Assembly: GCA_010093745.1 (NCBI GenBank)
Contig: MU005985.1
Coordinates: forward strand, 62,001 to 126,000
Direction: 5' to 3'
Length of the DNA stretch: 64,000 nt
DNA from: Piedraia hortae CBS 480.64
Taxonomy: Eukaryota
Of the stretch, positions 21,579 to 32,628 are shown in pieces (within the stretch, counting starts at the first letter, position 1; each line of letters opens with the position of its first letter). The translations under genes and the position numbers were made by a program. The notes below the pieces were generated by a model. That model saw only the letters and a list, made by a program, of their open reading frames with translations. It searched no databases and was not told the origin of the DNA.

Positions 21579-23343
21579 TCATTCACCACATTCTTCCGGA
21601 TCCAACCAGCCACGGGACATGTGCACGGCGCGCTCCCATTTTTTGAACATTTTTTCTCCGACTTCGGGCGGCACATTGGGCTCAAAGACGGTGCGGTCGT
21701 TTTGGTTAATGGCCCGGAGCTCCTCAAACTCCTTCCAGATGTCCACTGCAAAGCCTGCAGCGATGGCGGCCCCGAGAGCTGTCGTCTCTCGCATGGCGGG
21801 ACGGTCGACGGCGATGTAGCTGATGTTGGCCTGCGTCTGCATGCACAGGTTCGAGTTGCTCATGCCTCCGTCGACGGCCAACTGCCGCAGCTTGTGGCCA
21901 GAATCGAGCTCCATGGCGTCGAGAATAGCGCGCGTCTGAAAGCAAACAGCCTCCAATGTTGCGCGCGCAATGTGGCCGCGTTGAGTGTGCTGCGTTATGC
22001 CAAAGATTGTGCCCTTTGCATCGTCTATCCAATATGGTGCAAAGAGGCCAGAGAATGCAGTCACGAAGACGCAGCCACCGTTGTCACTGACCGTCGCAGC
22101 GAGGTCGGATATCTTGTCTGAATGGGTTATGAAGCCCATGTTGTTCATCATGACTGCTCATCGTTAGCAAGAAAACACTTGAAGGGAGGACTACCTTACA
22201 TTTCACGCCAGAACCCGCAACAGCAATCGAACCCTCCAACGCATACACGGGTTTTCGATGTCGTCCAAAGTCATAGGCAACAGTGGCCAGGAGGCCATGC
22301 TTGGAAATGACCGGCTCCTCGCCTACGTTATACAGCAAGAAGCATCCCGTGCCGTACGTGTTCTTCGCCGATCCGGGAGTGAGACCTTGCTGGCCCACCA
22401 AAGCAGCAGACTGATCACCCAAGCAGCCGGCGATTTTCATCCCCTTTAGCGCTCCCGAGTCGATCTTTCCATACGCATCGGCATCCGAACTCGGCACGAT
22501 GCGTGGCAAGTGCAGCTTTTTCCTATCCAGACCGAAGAATTCCAACAACTGATCATCCCACTTGCAGCTTCGCAGGTTCATGAACATGGTCCTCGACGCG
22601 TTGGTCGTGTCCGTGACAAAGTAATCCCAATTCTTCCCGTTGAGATTGAACAGCAACCAGGCATCGACGGTGCCAAAGGCGAGACGGCCGGCGTCGTAAG
22701 CCTCTTTGACCTCGGGCACATGCTGCAGCAACCAGATCAACTTGACCGCACTCGGGTAAGTGGAGAGCGCAAGACCGGTCGATTCCGCGAGGTTGAGACC
22801 AGCGGCCTTTTCCTTTTGTTTCAAGTCTCTCACGACGCCCTTTGTCCTTGTATCAGGCCAGGCAATGGCGTTATGCAGCGCCTTTCCCGTTTTGACGTCC
22901 CAAACGAGCGCCGTCTCTCGCTGGTTGGTAAGCCCGACAGCTCTGATATCATCTATACTGTGACCGAGCTCCTTTGTAAACTTCTCCGTCGCCTTCTCAA
23001 TACAAAGCCTCACACTCTCAACCAACTCCTCGGGATCATGCTCATGCCAACCTGACTCCGGATAATGCTGCGCAAACTCGTGCTGATGACTAGCAACGGG
23101 CTGGCCCGTCCCGTCAAAGATTATGAATCGCGTGCTGGTCGTGCCCTGATCGATGCTACCGATAAAGAAATGCGACAGCACCTTCTCTGCCTTGTGTGTA
23201 AAGTGAGGCATTTCTTCGCCTTTGGGATGAACCGTTCTATCGCCTTCAGCCATATCCTCTCCCACCGGGGTGGCCATGGCTGCTGCTTCTTTTATTTCGC
23301 TGCTGTTGTTGGTCATGGCTTCTTTAATTGAATCCGTTGTCAT
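21579..23343 (-). CDS. GUT1: Glycerol kinase, about 572 aa, one intron (22154-22199)
   Basis: FIGSIDQGTTSTRF, GLTNQRET, DTTNASRT, GDQSAALVGQ, AKNTYGTGCFLL, ALEGS, FSGLFAPYW, VDGGM and ETTALGAA. The intron joins the two ORFs in frame. Confidence 0.96.
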
Positions 23344-23523
23344 GTTTTCTTTTTTTTCTTTTTTTTTCTTCAAAACACGGAAATGATTCTTGGAACGCAC
23401 GGAATCAAACGGGATTTGGGACACCTTCACATGGGCGGCAACCTAATCATGCTCACCCCCGCCATTCTGCCTAGGTATAACATTAATGGAACCCCGCCCA
23501 GCACTTACATCATCGTACGATAA

Positions 23524-23882
23524 TCAGTCTACCCCCCCGTTCTCTTTCCATATTTTCAAATACTCTTTCCCGTCCGTGGGCTGTTTCGTCTCCGTGTGCG
23601 CGAAGCTGTCCTTTTTGGCTTTTAGTTTGGGGGTGACAAAGGGTGTTAGCTGGTCTTATTAGTCGCCCATCCTTCCCTTCCAATGGTGATGCTTACCTTG
23701 AAATCGGTCAAATCAGGACAGACGTAAGTCCGGACCTTCCTCCAGTCGATTTTGTAACCGCCATACTTGGTATGCTGACCCATCGAACCCGTTCGGTTGC
23801 CCTTGTAGTAGTCATGCGGTCCCTGTTTTGTTGTAAGAGGGAGACGACGTATCGCTTTTTGGAGAGGCTGCGTGGGATGCAT
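23524..23882 (-). CDS. MRPL27: Mitochondrial ribosomal protein mL41 (MRP-L27), about 103 aa, intron 23650-23696
   Basis: RRLPLTTKQGPHDYYKGNRTGSMGQHTKYGGYKIDWRKVRTYVCP, spliced to LTPFV..YLKIWKENGGVD*. Confidence 0.9.
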
Positions 23883-24150
23883 TGTTTCTGTGTCTTCCCT
23901 CTGGGGTGGGGGTGGGTGGGTGGGAGTGGGTGAGAGTGGGGGGTTGTCTCTTCACCGCCTCGTCTCTTTGCTGTGTTGTTTCTCTTATCACACTCTCCTT
24001 CTCTCTTCTTCTCTCCGTAGACGTTCGTCCTCTCGCGGTGTGTCTTCTGGCTGAATGTCTCTGTCGTCGCAACCCAATCAGGCCTAGTGGCGGAATTTCC
24101 TCCGCCCACCGACCCACCCATGCGGTCTTCAATTTTTTTAAGCACAAAAA

Positions 24151-26586
24151 ATGAGGATTTCGAGATCGAAGCTGCCTGCTACGGGGAAGGGTAAAAAGGG
24201 AAGGAAAACCCCTACTGCCGGCCTTGTTGAAGCCGCTGCCGCATTCACCGCACCCGCTGCGCGCGGGAAGAAGAGGACCGTTGCCACGGCAGAAGGAGAT
24301 TTGGCGAGGAAGAGGACGCGGGTAGAAGAGGAAGAGGACGATGAGGATGATTTGGAGGGAGGGAGTGACAGTGAAGGAAACGAATGGGTCCTCGCCGGGT
24401 TAGCGGAGGGTGATGATGATAGTGATATTGATTCCGATGAGGCGTTTGGGGAGAGTGATGAGGAGAAGTTTGGGGCGTATACCTTTCGGGGATCGTCGAC
24501 TTTTAAGAAGGCGAAAGAGGGTGGTGATCGGGAGGAGGAGGAGGAGGAGGATAAAGAGGATGTGGAAGATGACTTTGGCGACGAAGCTGTTGATCTCGCG
24601 ACGATGTTGGATGATGTTGATGAGGATGAAAGTGATGAAGATGCGGATGATGCAGAGCGCCATGCGCGACTCCGTGACCGAGTCGACGCCCTAGATCCCA
24701 TACCAGAGGAACCTGCTGTACAGCCACAGGGCAATACAACCCTTTCTCTTGAGAACTTGCTTACCGCTGCGGGGAAGAAGCAGTATATAGCCCCGATGAG
24801 GACGAAGAAAAAGTCTGACGCACCTAAAAAACTTGCCGTCCCTCTTCCCCCACGCCAACAGGCCCGCCTTGACCGTGCCGTTGCGTCGGCAAAAGCAAAA
24901 GAGGAGATTGGAAGGTGGCAGCCGACTGTTATCCAGAACCGACGCTCTGATTTTCTGCAATTCCCCCTCCAAGATCCCGACGCCTCTGGTCCAATCGCAA
25001 AGGATAAATTTGACACCCAAGTCAGTCATAAGTCTGATGTAGAAGAGCGAATGGGCAAAATTATGCAAGAACTCGGCATGCCAGCCGACGAACCCGATGC
25101 GGAGGGCAGGGAAGATGCTTTTGTTAAAGCCGAAGAGGCTGCCCTAAGCAAAATGTCCATTGAAGAAGCCATGCGTCGTCGTGCTGAGCTCCGTCGCGCG
25201 AGGAATCTTCTCTTTGAACACGAAAGAAAAGCCGCCAGAATTGCGAAGATTAAGTCCAAAGCGTTTCGGAAGAGGCAGAGAAAGCAAAAGGAACGCGAAG
25301 TTGAGAAGCTCCAGGCGATTGCGGATAGCGATGATGAGGATCCCGCGGATAGGGATGAGCTTGATCGAAAGAGGGCTGAATTGCGGATGAGCACGAAGCA
25401 TAAGAATAGTAAGTGGGCAAAGTCGCTTAGAGCTACGAATAGAGCAGTTTGGGACTCGGACGCTAGGGGCGGCGGGTTGGATGAGGCGAAGCAGATCGAA
25501 GAGTTGAAGCGGAGGATCGCTGGTCATGATGCTGATGAGTCTGATGTCAGTGAGGATGAGGATGAGAGCGGTGATGATGCGACCCGCAAGCAGCTGGATA
25601 AGTTGCAGGCTAAAAGTCCGGAGGTTGAAGGGCTGGCTGCGATGAAGTTTATGCGTGCTGCCGCGCAGAGGGAGAAGGCAAGAAATGACGAGGAGATTAA
25701 GCAATTGAGAAAGGAAATGAATTTGGACGGTGGGGAAAGTGAAAGTGAGGATGAGCCGGAATTGACTAGGGCTACCTTCGGTCCCCAAATGAAGCCGGCG
25801 CAGAGTATATCGAAGAAACTGGAATTGGAAGAGGGTATGCTGTCTGATGAAGAGCAGCCGGCTATTATCTTTGATGAGCCTCAGGCGCCCGCTCCTGCGG
25901 AGACTAAGAGGAAGGAGAGGCCTGTGAAAGGGTCTGAAGCGAAGGAACAGTCTGCAAAGAAGTCTCAACCGAACGAAAAGACTGCAACAAAGTTCGAATC
26001 AAATAAAGGATCTGCAGAGAAGTCTGACAAGGCCGCTAAGAAGCCTAAACCCAAAAAGGCAGCTCCGGCAATTGGTGAAGACCTATCAGACAGCGAGTCA
26101 GACTCGGATCATCGTCAAAAAGCAATGATTGCCGCCGCCTTTGCCGGTGACGACACCGAAAAGGCGTTCAAGGCGGAGAAAAAGACCATCGAAGAATCCG
26201 AAGACGAGACGAAAAAACCAAAGTCTACTTTTCTCCCCGGCTGGGGCTCTTGGGGAGGCGAGGGTCTGTCAAAGGCTGTCAAAAGGTCAAACCAGCGCAA
26301 GCAGCAGCAGCATCATCCGCTGATCAAAACCCAAAAAGTCAGCAAGAGACGTGACAAGAACCTGCCAAACGTCATTCTGAGTGAGAGAAAGGACAAGAAG
26401 GCAAAATCGTACCTGGCCAGCGTACTGCCTCATGAGTTTGAGACGCGTGGTCAGTACGAAAAGTCGCTCAGAATACCGCTGAGCCAAGAATGGACCACCA
26501 AACAAACTTTCCAAAAGGCCACTAGGCCCAGAGTGGTGGTGAAGCGGGGCGAGGTTATTTCGGCCATAGAGCGGCCGCTAGTGTGA
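24151..26586 (+). CDS. UTP14: U3 snoRNA-associated protein Utp14 (SSU processome)
   Basis: Acidic N-terminus (DIDSDEAFGESDEEKF), KAARIAKIKSKAFRK, RMSTKHKNSKWAK, LPGWGSWGG and the C-terminal PHEFETRGQYEKSLRIPLSQEW..RPRVVVKRG. Confidence 0.93.
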   Translation: MRISRSKLPATGKGKKGRKTPTAGLVEAAAAFTAPAARGKKRTVATAEGDLARKRTRVEEEEDDEDDLEGGSDSEGNEWVLAGLAEGDDDSDIDSDEAFGESDEEKFGAYTFRGSSTFKKAKEGGDREEEEEEDKEDVEDDFGDEAVDLATMLDDVDEDESDEDADDAERHARLRDRVDALDPIPEEPAVQPQGNTTLSLENLLTAAGKKQYIAPMRTKKKSDAPKKLAVPLPPRQQARLDRAVASAKAKEEIGRWQPTVIQNRRSDFLQFPLQDPDASGPIAKDKFDTQVSHKSDVEERMGKIMQELGMPADEPDAEGREDAFVKAEEAALSKMSIEEAMRRRAELRRARNLLFEHERKAARIAKIKSKAFRKRQRKQKEREVEKLQAIADSDDEDPADRDELDRKRAELRMSTKHKNSKWAKSLRATNRAVWDSDARGGGLDEAKQIEELKRRIAGHDADESDVSEDEDESGDDATRKQLDKLQAKSPEVEGLAAMKFMRAAAQREKARNDEEIKQLRKEMNLDGGESESEDEPELTRATFGPQMKPAQSISKKLELEEGMLSDEEQPAIIFDEPQAPAPAETKRKERPVKGSEAKEQSAKKSQPNEKTATKFESNKGSAEKSDKAAKKPKPKKAAPAIGEDLSDSESDSDHRQKAMIAAAFAGDDTEKAFKAEKKTIEESEDETKKPKSTFLPGWGSWGGEGLSKAVKRSNQRKQQQHHPLIKTQKVSKRRDKNLPNVILSERKDKKAKSYLASVLPHEFETRGQYEKSLRIPLSQEWTTKQTFQKATRPRVVVKRGEVISAIERPLV

Positions 26587-26662
26587 TGTTACCCTAGCAT
26601 GACGTAATTTGTCATCATTGCGACATTCGGCTTCAAGTAGTTTCATACGTTTAAACCGTGCC

Positions 26663-29600
26663 ATGTTCCAGACCTTTGGTGGCTCCTCTCGTAAACCCCG
26701 ACAAGTGAACCTCTCAGGCCGTCCTTCGAATCCTTTTGCCGCCCAATCTGCCGTCGCCTCAGCTCAGCATGACCGCGTCCAGCGAGAGCGCCAACGAGCC
26801 CGGGAAAGAGCCGCCGCGCAGATCCAGAAGACATGGAGGGGCCACCGAGAACGACAGCGAACGCGAGATATCTGGAGGCAGGACTGGGACGAAAGGGAGA
26901 AGCGCGGCACTGCCGGCTACCAAGACGAGAGCGAGAGCCTGAGTCAGTTGAGACGATTGTTGCTCTTCTTTGATCCGAAAGAAGACGCTGAACGATTGCA
27001 TTGGTATGGAATGCGGCAGATTCCCGGCGACATCGATCGAGGGGTATGTAACCATGGACCTTGGCCGGAAGCATATCTGCGAATCTGCATGGCTTGTATC
27101 AGGATGTTAAAGGCGGAGATCAAGGACCAGACTACGTTGAACATTCTGACCTTTGCCGCAAGACGGGCGAAGTTTGGCAGTGAACGTGATGCGGTGTATT
27201 ATTATGACAACGTTCTCGCCGTGGACGTGGACAAGGATTCCCGGGAGACTCTTCTTATTGCTCCTTTGTCATCTGCACAGAGATCAGTCTATTCTGGACT
27301 TGCCAAGATGCTAACAAAAGCTCTCAAAATCGATTACTTGGCCGCGCTAAAAGTGCACGTTGATGCAAAACAGCTGTATGAGGCGGTTGTAGTCCCACAG
27401 ACTGTGCCCAGTCGGCTTTGGCTCTTGGGCAACTTGATATACCTGACAGGTCCGCCCAAAGACATCTTAGCTACGTCCACGATCGGCCATCTTCTTGGCT
27501 CTTTGGTTGAAGTTGTTGATTTCGAAGGAAATCCTCAGCCTATTGACAATATCTCCTTTCAGAAACAAGTCCAAGTTTCGCCAACACTGAACGACTTCCT
27601 CCACGCCCAGTTGGCTTCTCTCGTCAGCCAAAATACCGTACGCAACCTGTTTTCCGACAAATCCATCATTCAGCCTGCTTGTAGATATGCCTTGACGCTG
27701 CTTCGGTGCTTTCCCACAGCTGCGAATAACATCCGCATGTGGCTGTACCTGGGCCCGAGTGAACGGAAATTAGAGCTTCCGATGACATGGTACTTTTGGA
27801 AAGGGGCCAGCATGAACGAGACGTTTTGGACCATCTATAAAGACTCGCTAAACGTGTTCCCAGTGATCGAATCGCAATCTGAAGATTCCACCAACGACTG
27901 GACAATCATTCTCATCTTTTTCGAACTCTACACTTTTTTGCTCAAAGTCATTGATGATGAAGAGTTCATAGGGAATGCCTATGGTGGAAAAGACGGTGGT
28001 ATTCCCGTAGATGAAGTCGCGATTCTAGCGACGTTTTTGAAAAATCTCGGTCTAGCCCTTTATCTGAACGGTCCCGAGTCCAAGGTATCGTACTATGGAG
28101 CAAGCTATACAGACCCTCAGGAGATACCCTTTGCCAAGATCCCCGGCCTGAAGGTGTCCTACCTTAAAGACCTGGTAACGGGCCTACTCCGCTCCATCTA
28201 TGAACGAGATTCTCGACGCAGATTCCTCCCCGAAGACCACTGGGTCATATCCAACACACGCTTTGACATGACCAACTTCATTCCCAGCGTCGTTGCCGAG
28301 GAAGAGTCGCGCTACACTGTGCAAGACGAATCCGAGTCCGACTCTGAATCCCCCAATTCCCCAATAAAGAAACCCAAACGAAACCCAGTCGTAGCCCCCC
28401 GTCTCGAAATCCTCCATAACATGCCCTTCTTCATCCCCTTCATGACCCGCGTCGAAATCTTCCGCCAATTCGTCATGCTCGACCAAAAAAACTTTCTTCC
28501 CAACGAGCGCCACCGCACCCACCGCCAAGCAACCATAACCCGCCAACACGAATTCGAAGACGCTTTCAATCACTTCTACCGCCTCAACGCAGCACTCAAA
28601 GGCCGCATCCAGATAACCTTTGTCAACGAATTCGGCATTTCGGAACCCGGAATCGACGGCGGCGGTGTGACCAAAGAATTTTTATTATCCGTAACATCCC
28701 AAGCCTTTGACCCTTCACAAGGCTACTTTGTCGAAAACGACGCGCACCTCCTCTATCCCAACCCAACCACAACCAAAGCAGCCACCAAACCCGCTGATCT
28801 CCTAAACCGCTACGAATTTCTCGGCCGGATCGTAGGAAAATGCCTCTACGAGGGAATATTGATCGACATAGCCTTTGCTCCTTTTTTCCTCAAAAAGTGG
28901 GCTTTAACAGGGGGATCAAACGCCGCGTCAAAAGAATCCAACTACCGTCCTTCAATCAACGACCTCCGCGACCTCGACGAGGGCCTCTATCGCGGCCTCC
29001 TCTCTCTAAAATCCGCCCCAGCTGACTCGATCGAAAGTTTAAACCTAACCTTCTCCGTCGACGAACGCATCAACGATGAAATCGTCACTTATGACCTAAT
29101 CCCCAACGGGAGGGATGCTCCCGTCACAGCCGAGAATCGGCTACTATACATCCACAAACTCTGCAGCTGGAAGCTGCAAGGCCAGTCGGCCGTCCAAACA
29201 GGCGCATTCCTCAAAGGTCTAGGCGAGATTATATCCCCAAACTGGCTAGGTATGTTCAACCAACACGAACTACAGAGACTGGTAGGGGGTAGTGGAGCGG
29301 AAATCGACCTGGAGGACCTAAAGAAAAACATCGTTCTCACGGGTCTATATGCCCGTCCGGACCCTGATTTACTGAACCTTACCGAGGGAGCGCGGTCTAA
29401 CCGTAACCCTCAGGAGGGGAGCCATGGTAATGGTTTTGCTCCGCCGGGGAGAGTATCACCCCCCGGCAGAAGCGGGCTACCTCCTCCTGCCGTGAATGGA
29501 GAACACGTAAGGGAATCCAACACCGTCCTAGACGAATCCGTCATGGCCCGGGAACAACAACTCCGTCTCGGCAGGGAAACTGCGCTGGGGTACATGAGAA

Positions 29601-29944
29601 CTGGAAACTTTCCTGGGTACCCTCTCTCTTCGCCTCGTAACCCTACTCATCCCCCCGATCATCCGACTATCGAGATTTTTTGGAGAGTGATAGAGTCTTT
29701 CTCGGAGAGTGATAAGAGGCAGTTGCTTAGGTTTATTACATCTTCGCCCCGCGCGCCGCTTCAAGGGTTTGGAGCCTTGCGGCCCCCGCTGACGATTAGG
29801 GATGCGGGTACGGATGAGGATCGTTGGCCCACTGCGTCGACGTGTGTTAATTTGTTGAAACTTCCGGTGTATAGGGATGAGGAGACGTTGAGGAGGAAGG
29901 TTAGGGGGGCGATTTGGGAGGGGGCGGGGTTTGATCTTTCGTAG
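26663..29944 (+). CDS. HUL5: IQ-HECT E3 ubiquitin ligase (Hul5/UBE3C-like)
   Basis: MFQTFGGSSRKPRQVNLSG, IQ motif IQKTWRGH, MPFFIPFMTRVEIF, EPGIDGGGVTKEFL, and catalytic PTASTCVNLLKLP ending in GFDLS. Confidence 0.93.
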   Translation: MFQTFGGSSRKPRQVNLSGRPSNPFAAQSAVASAQHDRVQRERQRARERAAAQIQKTWRGHRERQRTRDIWRQDWDEREKRGTAGYQDESESLSQLRRLLLFFDPKEDAERLHWYGMRQIPGDIDRGVCNHGPWPEAYLRICMACIRMLKAEIKDQTTLNILTFAARRAKFGSERDAVYYYDNVLAVDVDKDSRETLLIAPLSSAQRSVYSGLAKMLTKALKIDYLAALKVHVDAKQLYEAVVVPQTVPSRLWLLGNLIYLTGPPKDILATSTIGHLLGSLVEVVDFEGNPQPIDNISFQKQVQVSPTLNDFLHAQLASLVSQNTVRNLFSDKSIIQPACRYALTLLRCFPTAANNIRMWLYLGPSERKLELPMTWYFWKGASMNETFWTIYKDSLNVFPVIESQSEDSTNDWTIILIFFELYTFLLKVIDDEEFIGNAYGGKDGGIPVDEVAILATFLKNLGLALYLNGPESKVSYYGASYTDPQEIPFAKIPGLKVSYLKDLVTGLLRSIYERDSRRRFLPEDHWVISNTRFDMTNFIPSVVAEEESRYTVQDESESDSESPNSPIKKPKRNPVVAPRLEILHNMPFFIPFMTRVEIFRQFVMLDQKNFLPNERHRTHRQATITRQHEFEDAFNHFYRLNAALKGRIQITFVNEFGISEPGIDGGGVTKEFLLSVTSQAFDPSQGYFVENDAHLLYPNPTTTKAATKPADLLNRYEFLGRIVGKCLYEGILIDIAFAPFFLKKWALTGGSNAASKESNYRPSINDLRDLDEGLYRGLLSLKSAPADSIESLNLTFSVDERINDEIVTYDLIPNGRDAPVTAENRLLYIHKLCSWKLQGQSAVQTGAFLKGLGEIISPNWLGMFNQHELQRLVGGSGAEIDLEDLKKNIVLTGLYARPDPDLLNLTEGARSNRNPQEGSHGNGFAPPGRVSPPGRSGLPPPAVNGEHVRESNTVLDESVMAREQQLRLGRETALGYMRTGNFPGYPLSSPRNPTHPPDHPTIEIFWRVIESFSESDKRQLLRFITSSPRAPLQGFGALRPPLTIRDAGTDEDRWPTASTCVNLLKLPVYRDEETLRRKVRGAIWEGAGFDLS

Positions 29945-31775
29945 GGATCAATGGGGAGGGGGGGTAGGGATGCTTCGCGAGGTGATGGGGTGGAGGGGTG
30001 GAGGGATGGTGTGGGAGAGGAGGTATGTAGAAGGTGGGAAGTGTAGTCTACAAGCGCAGGATGATGAAGTGTAGGACACAAGAGTCAATGTTATTCTATC
30101 CAGACGAGGGTTGGGGAAGGAATGGATGTATACCTACTTTTCACGACTGTTCTCAGCATATTATTATACCGTAAAGACTCTACGTATGTAAATCCGACTT
30201 CCCTTATGATTATTGACACCGACCCTCCCGCATCTTCATGCCTATGCTGCACACCCTTTGATAAAAATCGCAATCTTCGCAAAAGCGCAATTCTGCCGAT
30301 CATTTCGTTAAAAGATGACGTGTACCCTATACTCTTAACGGTCCGCATTCTTGCAATCAAAAAGGGTACGTGCTGCGCCATGGCTTTCCGGGACAGTGTC
30401 TTGAGAATAATCGCAGCATGCCATCTCTCGTCTGCTTCGTGGGGTGAGCATCCAACACCCTCCGTGTTATAAGACATCCTCATTTCGTTGAAAAGACGAC
30501 GTATCCCTTGCATTCCCAACAGTCTGAATTGCTGCAATCAAAGAGTATGTACGCAGCGCGGTATCTTTCCTGGGGCATCTGCTCTGAAGTCGTAAGGATG
30601 ATCGTGTCGTTCCATTTGGCGTCGCCTCCACGTTACAAAACCAACGTTAGCAGTACGCCGACATATTGCAGCCATTGTGACCGGAAAATCAATATCGACA
30701 TCGTTGATAGAGTTTTCGGTCACGTTCACGTTGACGTTGGCGTCAAGAATTGTAACCTGACATGGCTTGCTCTGGACGCCGAGTCAGAGGAACGCCTTAT
30801 TTACTTCCGCCTTTTTTGGCAGGGTTGTATGGCCACGTCACGAAAGTAATATGAAGCAGAATGGGAACCATAAAAATTGTATTTGCCCAGATTGACGTCA
30901 TGGTATCGAGAAAGGCAATCCTGCGGGATGGGCTATCCGGCCGCGCAAGCCACACCAATGCCTTGCCTGTCTTCAGCTTTCTCTCAGGGTTGTATGCAGA
31001 CACAACAAAGCTGAAAAGCTGGCTATAGCACAACTCGAAGCTTAGTCCACGAGTCAGCTGGAAGCTACGAAGTAGCAAAGCGGACTGCAGCTCTTGTATT
31101 CAAAGCCAGATGTTATCCGAAGCAGGTAAAGAAGTTGGTTCCCCGTTTGTCTTCCTTGCATAGTCGCCGACTTCATCCATCCTTCCATTTTATGTGCCTG
31201 ATTCGACAACGCCTCGCTTTTGCACTTGTTTGTGATGAGTAGATCGTACGCATTGTCAGATCTGAGGCCAAGACACGATAAAAGTGTGTCTTGATCGATC
31301 AGGGTGCCCAATTCCTTCGGGGAATCAGCTCGACTGCTAGCAAACTGAGCAACGCTATGTATTGCATGAACATATCATATTGTCACTGTCGGACCCCATG
31401 GCATGAAGTTCAAAGATCAGTAATTTTGTAAGGATGTCCGAGGACAGCAAAGAAATTTGGGAAATGTAAAAGACATGGACGCTCAGGCCAAGAGGTGGGG
31501 CAGTCTTAGCACATCGGACTGGCCCGTACTTCGCCTTTTCAGAGGACGTCATCCACCATCGTCATATCAGTGAAAGGCTTGAGTACCTTCCTCTGACTGT
31601 AAAGAACTTGGAGTGGACAGTAAAACGATAACATACCCTCGACTTCGGGGTGTCCAACGAGTACCATGTTAACCTGGCGTCCCCACCATGTAGCTGCAAG
31701 CACGCAAGCAACCATGACGTCACCCACCCCACCTCACCACCTTTTCCCTCTCCTCACAAGCAAACGCCAAAGAAA

Positions 31776-32531
31776 ATGAAAGCCTACATCCACGACCTCC
31801 AGCCCGGCGACCAACGCTCCCCCCACAATTCCGGCCGCGTTGTCTCTCCCACCCACTTAACCTCCCTAGGAATAACAACCCTCTCCAACCCCACATCCTC
31901 TCAGCTCGAAGACCTCGCCAAAAGACGAGGCTACTCCCACCGCGACGAGATAACGATTTCTCCTTCCACCCTACCCGACTACGAGGCGAAGATAGAAGTT
32001 TTTTTCACGGAACATTTACACGAGGATGAGGAGGTGAGATTCATTTTAGAGGGGGCGGGGTACTTTGATGTAAGGGACAAGGAAGAGTGGGTGAGGTTGA
32101 GGATGGAGAAGGGAGATTTGGTGGTGCTCCCGCCGGGGATTTATCATCGGTTTACGACTGATGAGTCGGACGTAAGTCATTTATCCATGGGGAAAGGGGG
32201 GAAGGGGGGGAAGGGAATTAGAGGATGTATAAGCTCACCCTGCTAAAACCCCTCCTCCTTTCCCTATCACCACCCAGAATTTCATCATTCGGTAGCTATG
32301 AGCTATGGATGATAGGTCTGAAGGACGAGAGATGGGATAACCCCCCTACCCCCCCACCCCCTCCCAACCTTCCCCACCCAACCCCAGTACCCAGCTAACG
32401 GGTGATAGTACACAAAAGCCCTCCGCCTCTTCAAAGACAGCCCCAAATGGACTCCTCTCCCACGTAATCCCGAAACGGATAACAACCCCTACCGCAAAGC
32501 CTACCTCAAGGACATCAACCAAACAACCTAA
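31776..32531 (+). CDS. ADI1: Acireductone dioxygenase (methionine salvage), about 172 aa, intron 32172-32408
   Basis: Cupin motifs [25 protein letters not shown] and [10 protein letters not shown]. Exon 2 ([16 protein letters not shown]) is reached through GTAAGT..GCTAAC..TAG. Confidence 0.93.
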
Positions 32532-32628
32532 ATCACCTCAAACAACACAGAAAAATCCCCCACAAAAAAAAAAAAAATAACTTAAAAAATAAAGCTTTAC
32601 ACTGCCTACACCCCACAACCCTCTCATT

